This document shows, piece by piece, positions 32,172 to 44,400 of a DNA stretch of 52,827 bases. The notes under the pieces are model-generated. The model saw nothing but the letters and a program-made list of their open reading frames with translations, made no database searches and had not been told where the DNA came from. The first letter of the stretch is position 1. Each line of letters begins with the position of its first letter. Made by a program: the position numbers and the translations under genes. The DNA is from a virus (taxonomy: Duplodnaviria; Caudoviricetes): positions 1-52,827 of IMG/VR virus record IMGVR_UViG_3300027852_000046. One strand, 5' to 3'.

Positions 32172-34225
32172 TGTTGGGTAAAGTCAAAACAAAAACAATT
32201 AAACTTGGCGGTGGATTAGATTTAGAAACTCCACCTATCGCCGTTGCTGAAGGGTTCGCATTAGAAGCAAATAACATTGAGCCTAATCTCAATGGAGGGT
32301 ATCGCAAGATGCTAGGTTATGAAGCCTTAGACGGACGCGCTAAACCTTCAGATGCAATCCTCTATACAATAAGAGTTGACGATGCAAGTTTAGAAGCAGT
32401 TGATACAGATATCACAGGAAGTATATCTGGTGCAACAGCAAGAATAATAGCCGTTGATGCGACTGAAAACATAATAGGAGCTACCAATCTATCAGGAAGC
32501 TTCGTTGCGAACGATGTTTTGGATGGCGGCGCTGTAGTTGAAGCAACACAGATATTATCCGGTCATCCTGACATGGAGACTGGTTACGATTGGCTTTATT
32601 TAGCCCAAGAATATTATCGCGGATTAATACAAGAAGTAACGGGAACTGGTGATGTTCTTGGGGTATGGAAATATAACAATAATGCGTATGCTTTCCGTAG
32701 TAATGGGCTAGTCGTAAAAATGTTTAAGTCGTCGTTAGCGGGATGGGTGGAGGTGACTCACTACAACGTATTAAAATTCGATGCTGGCGTAGGCGCAGAT
32801 GGTGATATAAGTCAATCTACGGTTGTAGATGGTGGCACAAGTGGCGCTCAAGGTACTGTTAAGCGTGTCATTAAAACATCTGGCACATGGGGAGTCGACG
32901 CAGCCGGTTATCTTGTTATCGATGTAACCACAGGTGCTTTTGTAGATAACGAGCCACTTAATGTATCAGCGGTCACTAAAGCTACTACCGATGGTGTGGA
33001 TGAGGCTATTGAGCTTTCATTAGGTGCTAATAAATTCAAGTTCATTAACTTTAATTTTAAAGGGAGTGAAGATAGTTATTATATGTATGGCTGTGATGGA
33101 ACTAATAATGCGTTCCAGTTCGACGGTACAATATTAACGCCTATATACACAGGGATGGTGAATGATGCACCTAGCAGCATTGAAGCTCATAAAAATCATT
33201 TATTCCTTGCCTTTGATGGCGGCTCATTACAGCACTCGTCTATTGTTGATCCTTTGCTTTGGAGTCCAGTATTAGGTGCTGGTGAGATAGGGCTTGGGTA
33301 TAACATAGAGAGCTTAAAATCAGTAGGTGGCGATGCATTATTAATCTCAACTAATCGGAACGTCAGTGGTCTTTATGGAACGTCAGCGGCAGACTGGGTG
33401 TTATCTCTAGTAGCAGCAGACACGGGAGACGCAGGGAGCACGCTTGATGTTATTGGTACTCCGCTAATGGTTACTAAACGTGGGATTGTTCGGCTAGACG
33501 CTAGCTTAAAGTATGGTAACTTTGAAAGCTCAACTACGTCACGAAGAATCAACCCGCTATTGGATGAGTACTTAGCGACTAAAGCACTAGTTGGGGTTAA
33601 TTTAGTTAGAGATAAGAACCAGTATCGTATTTATTTCGATGATGGGAGAGGAATCGTATTAGCACAAGACCTGTTATTTAATACTGGTGCGTTACCGCAT
33701 TTTACAACATTTGAATATATTGTATTTCCGCGATGCTTAGCTAGTACGGTTTGTGAATTAGGTGAAGAGGCGGTTCTTTTTGGTGCAAGCAATGGATTCG
33801 TGTATCAGGAAGAACGCGGTAATAACTTTGATGGGTTAGTAGCTGGCTTCTCATTAAAACTGCCTTACCACCATTTAGGATCACCTTCTTTGAGAAAATC
33901 ATTTAAGTGGTTAAATGTTGAAATAGTAACAAGTCAGTCAGTCTCATTAAGAATGACTTATGAGTTTTCAGATGGTCAAACGCATACAAATACAAGTCAA
34001 GAAACGAACTACAATGTTTCTATAGGTGCGGCGGCAAAATGGGATGCGGCAAAATGGGATCAATTCTCATGGAGTAGTATCTCTAATGCCAGTCCAAATG
34101 TAAGCCTTCGAGGGACAGGTAATAATCTATCTTTGTTTTTCTATGGTGAGGGTATTAATGATGCTCCGTTTACATTAGGTAGCATAACCTATCAATACAT
34201 ACCAAGAAGGCTGTTACGTGGTTAA
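32171..34225 (+). CDS. Tail nozzle / tail tubular protein B-like
   Basis: GGGLDL N-terminus, HKNHLFLA and KNQYRIYF motifs; 684 aa. Confidence 0.75.
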   Translation: MLGKVKTKTIKLGGGLDLETPPIAVAEGFALEANNIEPNLNGGYRKMLGYEALDGRAKPSDAILYTIRVDDASLEAVDTDITGSISGATARIIAVDATENIIGATNLSGSFVANDVLDGGAVVEATQILSGHPDMETGYDWLYLAQEYYRGLIQEVTGTGDVLGVWKYNNNAYAFRSNGLVVKMFKSSLAGWVEVTHYNVLKFDAGVGADGDISQSTVVDGGTSGAQGTVKRVIKTSGTWGVDAAGYLVIDVTTGAFVDNEPLNVSAVTKATTDGVDEAIELSLGANKFKFINFNFKGSEDSYYMYGCDGTNNAFQFDGTILTPIYTGMVNDAPSSIEAHKNHLFLAFDGGSLQHSSIVDPLLWSPVLGAGEIGLGYNIESLKSVGGDALLISTNRNVSGLYGTSAADWVLSLVAADTGDAGSTLDVIGTPLMVTKRGIVRLDASLKYGNFESSTTSRRINPLLDEYLATKALVGVNLVRDKNQYRIYFDDGRGIVLAQDLLFNTGALPHFTTFEYIVFPRCLASTVCELGEEAVLFGASNGFVYQEERGNNFDGLVAGFSLKLPYHHLGSPSLRKSFKWLNVEIVTSQSVSLRMTYEFSDGQTHTNTSQETNYNVSIGAAAKWDAAKWDQFSWSSISNASPNVSLRGTGNNLSLFFYGEGINDAPFTLGSITYQYIPRRLLRG

Positions 34226-34290
34226 CGCACAGTAAAAAAGATGGTTAAAATGATAGTATGAAGAAAAACAACACATAGACGGTACGACAC

Positions 34291-35922
34291 ATGGCAAACA
34301 GCTATTACACAAGGACTTACGCATTTGCATCTAACACGACTGCTAGAGGCTCTGAGGTTAAGGCAGAGTTCGATGGATTAGTAGCAGGAATGGATGTCGT
34401 TGAGGCAGATACAAAGCGATCAATAAAGATGCCATCAGGGGCAGATGTAGAATTACCAGCAGTTCCAGCAGATAGATCACTTAAAGTAATTGGATTTGAC
34501 GCGAATGGCGATGTGGAGATTCAATCTGGTGTTGGGGCGTTCCGAGGTGATTGGGCAGCAGGCGCAGATTACAAGATACGCGACATAATAACAGATGCTG
34601 GCGGCGCGTTAGGATTAGATAACGTTTATATTAGTAATAAAGATCATATATCGAGTGCCGGACTTGTTACAGATGTAGCGAATTGGGACTTAATGATTGA
34701 TGTTACAGACGTTAAGGCATCTGAAGTAGCAGCAGCGGCAAGCGCGGCAGCAGCACTAGCTAGCGAAGGACTAGCAGATGCAAACGCGACAGCTACAGCA
34801 GCGGATAGAGTTCAAACTGGATTAGACGCAGCGTCCACAGCGGCAAATTTAGTCGCTACCAATCAAGACTCAGTTGATACCGCAGCAAACTTAGCGGCTA
34901 CTAATCAAGATACAATCGACACAGCAGCCGATGTTGTAACGACTAATGCCAATGTTGTACTAACGGGTTTAGACGTAACGAGCGCAGAAAATGCTAAGAC
35001 AGCAGCAGAGGCGGCTCAAGCAGCTTCAGAGGCTATCTATGATGATTTCGATGATAGATATCTCGGTTCATTTGAGACAGTAGGCGAACCTACTTTAAAT
35101 AATGACGGTGACGCACTGTTAGACGGGGCATTGTATTGGAACAAAACTGTACCAGAACTAAGAGTGTACGATCTAACCGGCACGGCATGGGTAAGCATAA
35201 ATAACTACACTCACCCTAATGATGGCGGCGGAAATCAAACTGCATTGACTGGCGTTTCAGTTTATTCAGACATAGAGATAAACGCAGCAGGTCATGTAAC
35301 CAGCACTTCAGTAAGAACGCTTACTAAAACTGATATTGATTCCTTGGGTGTGGATGCGGAATCATTGGATGGGTATGATAACACTGGATTTCTGAAGAGT
35401 GACTCATCTGACATAGTTAGCCAACTAGAAGCTGAGGCCGGTGTATCTGCCACAGCCAGAGCATGGAGCGCTTTACGAGTTAAGCAGGCTATTCAAGCAT
35501 TGGTGCAAGCGGCTACTGAAACGGTGGCAGGAATTGTCGAGCGTGCAACGCAGCCCGAGGTTGATGCAGGGATTGATGATGCACGGTATGTATCTCCAAA
35601 AAAATTGCGGTTTGGTTTTTCAATCCTCTTGGCGGCTAATGGCTATATCGTTTTTCCGTCGTGGATGAAAAGCTTAATTATTCAATGGGGGTTCATCCCG
35701 AATATTGCTACTATTGGGGATAAATCTGAAACTGTCGTATTTCAACTGGCTTTCCCGAATGCGGCTTTTTATGCAGCTGGAACGGTTGAGTCTATTGCGC
35801 TTTCACAAAATATAGGGGTATATGTAACCGGAAAATCAACAACAGGCATGACAGTAGTACTGGACAAAGACGCGACGAGTACAGTGACAGTCGGCCTCCA
35901 TTATGTAGCTATAGGACACTAA
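34291..35922 (+). CDS. Tail fibre protein
   Basis: Ala-rich shaft; FDDRYLG..DNDG..GALYW-type motif, ATETVAGIVERAT and LIIQWG gp53-like tip. Confidence 0.8.
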   Translation: MANSYYTRTYAFASNTTARGSEVKAEFDGLVAGMDVVEADTKRSIKMPSGADVELPAVPADRSLKVIGFDANGDVEIQSGVGAFRGDWAAGADYKIRDIITDAGGALGLDNVYISNKDHISSAGLVTDVANWDLMIDVTDVKASEVAAAASAAAALASEGLADANATATAADRVQTGLDAASTAANLVATNQDSVDTAANLAATNQDTIDTAADVVTTNANVVLTGLDVTSAENAKTAAEAAQAASEAIYDDFDDRYLGSFETVGEPTLNNDGDALLDGALYWNKTVPELRVYDLTGTAWVSINNYTHPNDGGGNQTALTGVSVYSDIEINAAGHVTSTSVRTLTKTDIDSLGVDAESLDGYDNTGFLKSDSSDIVSQLEAEAGVSATARAWSALRVKQAIQALVQAATETVAGIVERATQPEVDAGIDDARYVSPKKLRFGFSILLAANGYIVFPSWMKSLIIQWGFIPNIATIGDKSETVVFQLAFPNAAFYAAGTVESIALSQNIGVYVTGKSTTGMTVVLDKDATSTVTVGLHYVAIGH

Positions 35923-35924
35923 AT

Positions 35925-36470
35925 ATGAAAAAAATCACATTAAAAGAAAATAATACTTTCGCGCATTGGGTAATATCAGGGCATCCACAGCCACCTGGTA
36001 AATTAGTCGAGGTCTCTGATGCTGTGGCTATGGAGTTATCACAAAACAGGCAATCAAAAAAATATGATGTCGGCATCAAATCGACAATTAATTATGTGCC
36101 GGATTTTGTAATAGCCGATGCTAAGGCGGCAAAACTTAGTGACATAAACACTAGATCAACAGATGCATTGTCAGCAATAACTACGCTATACACGCGCTCA
36201 GAAATTGACAGCTGGTCAACTCAAGAAGCCGAAGCAGTCGCGTGGAATGCCGACAATACAGAGCAAACACCATTGATAGATGCAATAGTCGCTAATCGGC
36301 ATAGCGTTGATAAGGCCACGTTGGTTAGTCGAATACTAACCAATGCAGCTGATTATAAGGCGCTATCAGGCGTTGTTATTGGTAAGCGGCAAGCATTTGA
36401 GGATGAGTTAAACGCCTTAAGTGATGTCGCAACACAGGCAGAAGTTGACGCAATAGTGGTTACTTTTTAG
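35925..36470 (+). CDS. Tail fibre assembly-like protein
   Basis: EIDSWSTQEAEA..TPLIDAI..GKRQAFED; follows the fibre gene. Confidence 0.65.
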   Translation: MKKITLKENNTFAHWVISGHPQPPGKLVEVSDAVAMELSQNRQSKKYDVGIKSTINYVPDFVIADAKAAKLSDINTRSTDALSAITTLYTRSEIDSWSTQEAEAVAWNADNTEQTPLIDAIVANRHSVDKATLVSRILTNAADYKALSGVVIGKRQAFEDELNALSDVATQAEVDAIVVTF

Positions 36471-36554
36471 GGGGATACTATGTTTATTCTATATTGGGAA
36501 ATGAACCCAATAAAAAATATAAGTTAAATTAACCCAATAACTCAAGGAAGAGAC

Positions 36555-37445
36555 ATGGGATTACTAGACGGGGCAATCGCCCCAACAATCGACACATACG
36601 AACAAACACCAGTTCAAAGCACATCAACGGGATATGACGCAGTGCAACTAGGGCAGCCTGCTACTACGACTGCTAATACTTATGATGCAACTCGGGCGAC
36701 CGCCGCGACCTATGATCCAGTTAATGTTGAGGATAGGCTAACTGGCCTACTGAACAAAGACAGCGACTACATGAAGGCAAATACGACTAAGGCCCTTCAG
36801 ATGTCAAATAATAGAGGGTTAGCTAATAGTTCAATGGCGGTTGGAGCAGGTCGGTTAGCAGCGATTGAATCAGCGTTACCTATTGCGACTCAAGATGCGG
36901 CCGCGCAAAATCAAGCGGGTCAATGGAACTCAAATGCCGTTAACCAATTCGGGCTAGCCAATCAAGCTGCAAATAATAGGGCGAGCTTTGACAACGCTAA
37001 TTTCTTAAATACGTCAGATCAATTTAACGCAACAGCTCAGAATCAAGCTGACCAGTTAAATCAGCAAGCGCTAAATCAAGCCAGTCAATATAACTCAACG
37101 GTTGAGAATGAATTTGCTCTAAAGAACCAAGATGCATTTAATCAATCAGCAAAGGATTTTGCAGCAGCTAATAACACAGCATCATTACAAAACGCAGAGA
37201 ATAACATGCGTATATTACTAGCCAATGCTCAAGAAGGGTTATCTAATTATTCTACCGATATTCAGCGTAAAACGGCGCTAGATCAGATTGCATCTACTTT
37301 GGTTCAGTCAGGGGTTAGTAATGGAATATTTGCTACAAGTGATGGAGCGGCTAACTGGCTTAGCATGATTGGTGACTTGTACCCTGATATGGGATTATCA
37401 GTAACGACGCAATTATCATCAGCAGCAGCGGCATCGGTCGTTTAG
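36555..37445 (+). CDS. Probable internal virion/ejection protein
   Basis: Asn/Gln/Ala-rich; RGLANSSMAVGAG motif. Confidence 0.6.
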   Translation: MGLLDGAIAPTIDTYEQTPVQSTSTGYDAVQLGQPATTTANTYDATRATAATYDPVNVEDRLTGLLNKDSDYMKANTTKALQMSNNRGLANSSMAVGAGRLAAIESALPIATQDAAAQNQAGQWNSNAVNQFGLANQAANNRASFDNANFLNTSDQFNATAQNQADQLNQQALNQASQYNSTVENEFALKNQDAFNQSAKDFAAANNTASLQNAENNMRILLANAQEGLSNYSTDIQRKTALDQIASTLVQSGVSNGIFATSDGAANWLSMIGDLYPDMGLSVTTQLSSAAAASVV

Positions 37446-37446
37446 T

Positions 37447-39402
37447 ATGAGTGCCAAATCTAGGTACATACAGGCAGCAAAACAGACTGCTTATCATAAT
37501 GAGATAAAGAAAGCCCTTGATGAGAACACAGGGGCTTCACTCACTAGGATGAGTTCACCAGATTATCTAAGGATGCTTATTAATGAAGGTGTCTTAAGTG
37601 AGCCTCCTACGCCACCGGATTACAGTAACTTAACAAAAGCTAACGCAAAGAACTTTAAAGCCGATAGCAATGCTTGGGCTAAATGGGAGCAGTCAGCACT
37701 AAAGAAAATATCGACGTTTGGGGTAACGGGGTCATCGTTAACCCCGGGGTACGATAAGAAGAGGAAGATTTTTACAGATGCGATATCGAATGGAGGCGGA
37801 GGCTTTGCAGGCCATAGTGGATTAGTAGTCGCGCCAAAGGAAGAAGGAGGATATTTGCAAGGAGCGTTCGGTGCGTGGATCAACCCTGTAAGTAATACGC
37901 TATCAAACGGGGACTATAAATCGCCTTGGACTCACTTAGGTGGTTTTGATGTTCTCGATAGGATAAATAAAAATGGTCAAGGCACTGAAGAGGAGTACGA
38001 GAAGAAGCTTTATCAAGCTGCCTATGACCGGCAGAATGGTGTTAACGAAAATGTATGGGGTAGTGCTGCGAACTATAAACCTATCAAATTTTGGAATACA
38101 ACTTTAAGCCAAAAAGACGCACGTAAATTACCTTTCTATAAAAAGAAAAACACTAATAATTACACATTCGATAAGTGGAGAGAGGAGCATTATCAACGCG
38201 AATGGCAGAGCACAAGGCACAGGCTTGGGCTTTCCTCTAATATTGTTAATAAAACGAGTAATTGGCCTAATAGCTTAAAGAACATAACAACAAAAGCAGA
38301 AGTGCCTAATATCTCAACAATACAGGATTATCTTGCTAATAAGGATGTATTCGATGATATGAACGCATACGCAGCCATGATGCGTAGCAATAAGAATTTC
38401 TTTGATATAAAAACAGGCAAGCCAAAAGGAGGCGCTAACGTAGGTTTCAATAACTTCAATGAATGGAGGAACTTATCTCCTGACCAGCAGCGTAATTCTG
38501 ACAGCAGGATAAGAGTCTATGAGGATTACTATGCAGCTAAGGCGTTCGAGGCAAGCAAATTAAGATCATATAAATCTAGCGTGAAAAGCAAGGCCAATAA
38601 GACATTGGGGTTATCCGCTATTGCTACAGTAGTGACAGGCGGGTTATTCGCAGCTAGTGGATTATCGGCAGGGATTTCCTCTTCATTGGGTGGAGCGTTA
38701 AGCTCAGGCGTAGTTACGGGCGCAGCGGCAGGCGCAGCAGGCGGCGCGGTAACAGGCGGGTTTGAAGGCGCTCTAAAAGGCGCGTTAGTAGGTGGTTTGG
38801 GTGCTGGTATATCAGAGACTATCAGCGGGACTGCATCGAGCGGATTAGCGGACAGTACATCGCTAGAAAATCAATTTTATAACAGCACTGCCGATCAATT
38901 TGGTAATGCAATAACTCCGGCATCATTAACGCCGAACTTAGGAAATAATTTAATTAATGGCGAAATAATAAGGTCAGGTAGTGGGTTATTAGGGCAATTT
39001 TCCGACAGTACAAATCAGGCGTTCTCGGATGCAATTACACCTGATTCTTTATCGCCCAATCTAACGGGTAACGCTTCAACAGGATCAACATCTGGTAATG
39101 ATTTACTAGCCGATAATATAGGTGATAACGTTGCCTCACAGATAGTAGACTCAGTATCAGGTGATAATAACGGTCAGTCAAACCAAAATAACACTGCACC
39201 CAATAGTGGGCAGGCTAGTGCCCCTTCAACCACTAGCCCACCCATTAGGACAGGCGGAATTTTTGGAGGCAAGAGAGCACGGGGTACAGGGTTTAATTAC
39301 GCAAGCTCGAACCAAACGCAAGCACCAAGTTATAACTCAGGAATAAGGTTGAATAAAGTAGAAAGCAACGGCCTATTACAACAACAGCAGAAAAGGATTT
39401 AG
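37447..39402 (+). CDS. Probable ejection protein
   Basis: Gly-zipper hydrophobic segment; position. Confidence 0.55.
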   Translation: MSAKSRYIQAAKQTAYHNEIKKALDENTGASLTRMSSPDYLRMLINEGVLSEPPTPPDYSNLTKANAKNFKADSNAWAKWEQSALKKISTFGVTGSSLTPGYDKKRKIFTDAISNGGGGFAGHSGLVVAPKEEGGYLQGAFGAWINPVSNTLSNGDYKSPWTHLGGFDVLDRINKNGQGTEEEYEKKLYQAAYDRQNGVNENVWGSAANYKPIKFWNTTLSQKDARKLPFYKKKNTNNYTFDKWREEHYQREWQSTRHRLGLSSNIVNKTSNWPNSLKNITTKAEVPNISTIQDYLANKDVFDDMNAYAAMMRSNKNFFDIKTGKPKGGANVGFNNFNEWRNLSPDQQRNSDSRIRVYEDYYAAKAFEASKLRSYKSSVKSKANKTLGLSAIATVVTGGLFAASGLSAGISSSLGGALSSGVVTGAAAGAAGGAVTGGFEGALKGALVGGLGAGISETISGTASSGLADSTSLENQFYNSTADQFGNAITPASLTPNLGNNLINGEIIRSGSGLLGQFSDSTNQAFSDAITPDSLSPNLTGNASTGSTSGNDLLADNIGDNVASQIVDSVSGDNNGQSNQNNTAPNSGQASAPSTTSPPIRTGGIFGGKRARGTGFNYASSNQTQAPSYNSGIRLNKVESNGLLQQQQKRI

Positions 39403-39404
39403 TT

Positions 39405-40109
39405 ATGGGATTATTAGATACGGCTACAGGGGCTTTTACTTCATTAGATGATTATGTCGGTGACTTCTTCACAAGTTTCTCACCTGACTTCTTAACAAGT
39501 GGGCAAACATCATTTATGTCAGACGTGCTAGGTGGCGCGGTAACAGGCGGGGCGATTGCTGCGATATCAGGTGGTGACATAGGCGAGGCTGCTCTTTATG
39601 GAGGAATAGGCGGCTCAATGAATGACAGTAATTTCGGACAGTATGGAAATGAAATAGGCGGCGCGATTCAAGGTTATGGTGTCGGAGGTGTCGGCGGAGC
39701 AGTAGGCGGTGGATTATCAGCATACGCTAAAGATTCAGGCGCATTCAGCGGTAATGGGTCAGAAGATAATAACAGCTCAGGTGAACAGGTAGACGCTTCT
39801 CAAGTTGGTGCTAACGGTGGCTTGCCTGTTAATCAAGTGAGTGAAGGTGGTGGCGGTTTGTTAGCAGACAAACTAAAATCATTTGGACTGATGAAAGATA
39901 ACGGTGATGGAACATTGCTAGGCAAGGGATTAATTGCCGGTATTGGGAACATGGCTAGTGAGGCATCGCAGAATGACATGATGGACAAGAAGCAAAAGAT
40001 AGAGGAAGAGAATTACCGTAACCGCGCAAGAATAGATGATGAGCAAGAACAGCGTAGGATAGGAGCTTTTTCTAATCAACCAACTTTTAAGGTACAACGA
40101 AATGGATAA
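39405..40109 (+). CDS. Probable ejection protein
   Basis: Gly-rich sequence. Confidence 0.55.
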   Translation: MGLLDTATGAFTSLDDYVGDFFTSFSPDFLTSGQTSFMSDVLGGAVTGGAIAAISGGDIGEAALYGGIGGSMNDSNFGQYGNEIGGAIQGYGVGGVGGAVGGGLSAYAKDSGAFSGNGSEDNNSSGEQVDASQVGANGGLPVNQVSEGGGGLLADKLKSFGLMKDNGDGTLLGKGLIAGIGNMASEASQNDMMDKKQKIEEENYRNRARIDDEQEQRRIGAFSNQPTFKVQRNG

Positions 40110-40740
40110 TCAAACCAAACAAGAAATAGATCAAGCTGTCGAACAGGGTATTACTGAAGAAGATTTAAAGCTGATGGCATCTAATGGAGTTCCAGATGAT
40201 GAGATAGAGTATGCGAGAAGTCTTATTAATGGAGAGGCTGAGTCGACACAAGATAACGAGCAACAAGGAGGCCAGATGCAAAGTGGCGATCAGCAAGCCG
40301 GTCAGGCTCAAGAAGGCTATTCTCCTGAAGATAAAGAAACGGTTGAGCGTTTTGTATTTAACGCAATGAATATAGCCAGTGGCGAGCATTACGATAAAAT
40401 GATTGCAATGGCAAAATCAGCTAAGGGCAATAAAGCAGAAGGCGTGGGTCGGGCGATATTCTTTGTGCTTAGCGCTGTAAAGAAAGGAATGAATGATAAA
40501 GGTGTTAAAATAAACCCTGATCTTTGGTTAGAGGATAACGGTTTGATAGAGCAAACATCTAAAATTGTAGCTATTTTATTGGATGGGGCGGGGCTTGGTA
40601 TTACTCAAGAAGATGTTCAAGGTGGTATGGCGTTAGCCGCTGAAAGCTTAGGGATGGAAGAAGATAATAGTCAGCAGCAAGCGCAAGGCGAAATGCAGCC
40701 ACCACAGCAAGTAATGCCACAACAGTTAGGAGCACAGTAA
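40102..40740 (+). CDS. Hypothetical virion-module protein
   Basis: ORF within the operon. Confidence 0.6.
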   Translation: MDNQTKQEIDQAVEQGITEEDLKLMASNGVPDDEIEYARSLINGEAESTQDNEQQGGQMQSGDQQAGQAQEGYSPEDKETVERFVFNAMNIASGEHYDKMIAMAKSAKGNKAEGVGRAIFFVLSAVKKGMNDKGVKINPDLWLEDNGLIEQTSKIVAILLDGAGLGITQEDVQGGMALAAESLGMEEDNSQQQAQGEMQPPQQVMPQQLGAQ

Positions 40741-41390
40741 TGAGTTTACTATCAGGATTCGCAACAGGAGCAGCACAAGGCGTACAAAGTGGGTGGGCTG
40801 ATAATAGAGCCGCAGCTATGGAGCAGGCTAAAGAGCAGATGCAGATGCGGTTACTTAACCGTAAAGCTGACATTAATACTAAAGCCGCTGAAGTGCAAAA
40901 TAACAATCAAGTAAGAGCCGCCGAAGTTCAGACCAAAAACCAAGAAAAGGCAGCGGGATTACTAAATAGTAATAGAGTTGAGGCTGCGCGAGTCGAGAAT
41001 GCAAATAAGCTAGGAGATAAGCTGATGTTTCCTGATGGTCAATACTTTGTGAACGAAGAGGGCAATGAGGTATTTGTAAACAAAGGAGATACACCGCCTA
41101 AAGGAGCGCGTAGGGCAGCAAGTGGTTCTGGGGAAAGCGGTGAGAGAGGAAGAAAAATTGTGTCTCTAGGTAAAGAGATTGAGGGTTTAAGGAAGTCTAT
41201 TGCTGACTACACTAGCGACGAGCAGAAGGCAAGTGACGAGAAGTTACTGCAAATAAGGGTAAGGCAGTTAGACTCTCTCCGAGGAACGCAAATACCAATG
41301 AATAGCGACTCAGCAAGCACGGGAAGAATAGGCGCAACTAAAATGACGCCATCAGCAGAACTACCAGCAGGGTTTTCCATCATAAAATAA
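40740..41390 (+). CDS. Probable ejection protein
   Basis: LLSGFATGAAQG N-terminus followed by coiled coil. Confidence 0.55.
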   Translation: MSLLSGFATGAAQGVQSGWADNRAAAMEQAKEQMQMRLLNRKADINTKAAEVQNNNQVRAAEVQTKNQEKAAGLLNSNRVEAARVENANKLGDKLMFPDGQYFVNEEGNEVFVNKGDTPPKGARRAASGSGESGERGRKIVSLGKEIEGLRKSIADYTSDEQKASDEKLLQIRVRQLDSLRGTQIPMNSDSASTGRIGATKMTPSAELPAGFSIIK

Positions 41391-41401
41391 GTGAGGTTGA
41401 T

Positions 41402-44400
41402 TTGAACTATTACGAAGAAGTAGCGAAGAATGAGCAAGGTGATAGATTATATTTAAAGGATGGAAAATGGACTGACCAGCCCGTTATAGCTGCTGACGAA
41501 GATGGTAGCCAAATGTATTATAACGGTGATGGGTGGCTACCTTATGAAGCACCTAAAGACATTGAGCCGCCTACCGTTCAAACAGATGAAACGGATGGCG
41601 ATATCATACGTGGTGGGCAAAACGTACTTACTTATGCGTCTATTGTTGGCAATGGTTTAACAGGTGATAAAGACTCAATAGCGACTAATATCTTTGAGCA
41701 CAATGCCTATACTAAGGCCAATCCTGCCTCAAAAGATCAGCAAAATATGATGCGTGAATTTGATGCTGCCGATGGCCTATGGGATTCAGCGAAAGTTTTA
41801 TTGACTAATCCTTCTGGCACTATTGATATGACGCAAGAGCAGTTTGCTCAATATGGCCTGACTATCCCCATGATGAAAGCTGGTGCTTTAACGGGTGGGC
41901 TAATAGGGTCGGTAGCAACACCAGCAGGAACAGGAGTAGGTACGGTAATCGGTGGTGTTGCCGGCGGTTATGAGGGTGCGGCTTTATCATCGGCTGTTAT
42001 AGAGTATGGTGCAAATGTAATGCAAGACGTTAATAGCTATCTTGCTGACAAAGGACTTGAGCCAAGTCAAGAGAATATACGCAAAGCACTAGATACTGAT
42101 ATCCTAGAACGAAACGTTATGCCGGCAGTCACAAAAGGGCAAATACTGGGTTTATTTGATATTGTTGGCCTAAAAGTTGGTCATGCCTTAAAGCTAGGTA
42201 AGCCAGCAAGGGAGCTGGAGAAAGCGTCTGCCTCGGCGATGAGAAAGTTTGATTTAACACCAGCTCAATTACCACGTAGCGCGGCAGCTCAAGCCGAATT
42301 AAAACCATTCGTTGACGCAGTAAAGAACGACTTGGCAACAACAGCGACTAAAGTCAAAAGAGGCGCGGGAGCAGTTGGAGTTGGTGGGCTATCAGAAGGT
42401 TCAGGTGAATACGTTGGTCAAGGATTAGCCTATGACGAGTGGGATGCTAAGAACGCGTTACTAGAAAGCGTTATTGGTCTAGGCGGTGAAGTTGCACAGG
42501 TAGGACTATCAGGAACATTAGTAGGCGCTGGAAAGGCAAAAGAGGCGGCAGATAATCTATTAAGAAGCAAGAGATTCGATAAGGCAGGCGAAATATCAGA
42601 AGATACTTTGGCTAAATCGAAAGCAGCCGTAGAGGAGATTGTAGCCTCAGAAGAAGCGCAAAAGTCACAACAGCAAGCAGAGCAAGTAAACGCTGAAGTC
42701 GAAGCAGTTGTACAGGAAACAGTGCAGGCAACAGAGCAAGCCGGCGGTGATGCTTTAGATCAAGCGCAAGCTGAAATCGATATACGAATAAGTACGGACA
42801 AGGTATCTATTGAAGCGAATCAAACCGCTCAAGACAATAGAATTAAACTTGAAAAAACTAGGCTTGAACGTCAACGCAAATTACAAGACAGCTTAAACCA
42901 AACAAACAGTATTCTTGATACTACTCAACAACAACCAGAAGGAGCGGATGCGAAAGGACTTAAAGGTGATGCCAAAGCGAATGAACAAACAGGTGTTGCG
43001 AATGACGGTCAAGTATATGAACAAAATGGGCCACAAATTCCCGTCAAACTTGGTGATAACAATACCTTGGCAGGAGAAGCCGCATCAAACACCGAGAATA
43101 AAGGCAGTATACCCGCAGAAACAGCGCAAGGAACAACGATAAACCCTGAACCTATAGCAGAGGCAGGGTTAGAGAATAAAGCCATGGAATCAGCCGTTAA
43201 TAGCGATGTTAATTCTATGTCGCAAGATGACATTAAAAGCGAAATAGATAAAATTGGTAAGAAGATAGAGGCGGCTAGAAATGAACTAGCTAAAGATAGT
43301 CCTACACCTCCTGAATTAATACCTAATGATTTGGATTTGCTATCACCGAATGACGTGGCTAGACTTCAAGAATTAAAACAAGCGTTGCCTTCTAGTGCTC
43401 AAGAAGCTATTGATGCAAAGGCGCGTAACAAAGCAAGAATAGCAGAGAGAAATAAGAAACGGGCGGAAGCAAATACCGAAGTCCTACCTAGCCAAGATGA
43501 GGTTGCTGATGTAGGTATCATAGCTAAAAATAAATATAAACCTACCGCTTATGCTGATTTATCGCAGGATGATAAAGTTGCCATTGCACAAAAATGGAGC
43601 AATGAGTTAACAGAAGGTGGAGGTATTGCTTACACGACTGACGAGAACGGTAATATAGACGGGAAAACATCATCATCTAACCCTGATTGGTTTAAAGATG
43701 GATCAATGGGGGTAATGAATCTTAAAGGCGATAATGTCCTGTCTACACAACCAAGCGTTAAGCGTGTAAAAGATACTGTTTCTAAATTAACAAAAGGCGA
43801 CACATTAACCAAAAGAGAAGAACGAATCATTGAAGCTTTAGTCGATCAAGATAACGCTAACGCAGAAGAAGGCAGCGAACAAGCAACATTTCAAGAGCAA
43901 GATAGAATAGATGGAAGCTATGACGAAACGACCTTAGAAGCCGCCAGCGAGACGCTCGATTCGTTAATCGAAGAAGGTGTGCTGACTGAAGATATGTTAT
44001 TAACCATGAGTCCAGCGGAAGTAGACTCAGCCGAGAGGGAGTATTATGAGCAAGAAAAAGCTAAACAAGATGGAGCTAATGGAGAAGTTTCAAGCGTTTC
44101 CAAAGAGCGTAAGGATAGTGGCAATCAAAAAGAAGCAGAAGGAGCTAAGGAAGAAAGCCTCTTAACTGATTATTCACAAGATGATCTAAACGCTAAAGAA
44201 GAAGCTGAAATCAAGCAAGCTAAAGAGAAGGCCGCTAGTGACAAGAAAGCTAATATTGATGCAGATGCTGATAACTTCACGTTAACAGGCTCAGATCGTG
44301 CCGCAGATGCTAATACTGGGCAATCTGACGTATTTAGTGAGGCCGTTAAGAAAGAAAACGATCCAAATGCAGATAAAGCTAATGTCACCGATAATGACGA

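Noticed and set aside
34031-34060. 15-bp tandem duplication GCGGCAAAATGGGAT x2
   Set aside because: In-frame AAKWD repeat in a Trp-Asp-rich part of the tail protein; no sign of a variable-repeat system
34291-36470. Diversity-generating retroelement or invertible tail-fibre system
   Set aside because: No reverse transcriptase, invertase or template/variable repeat pair seen
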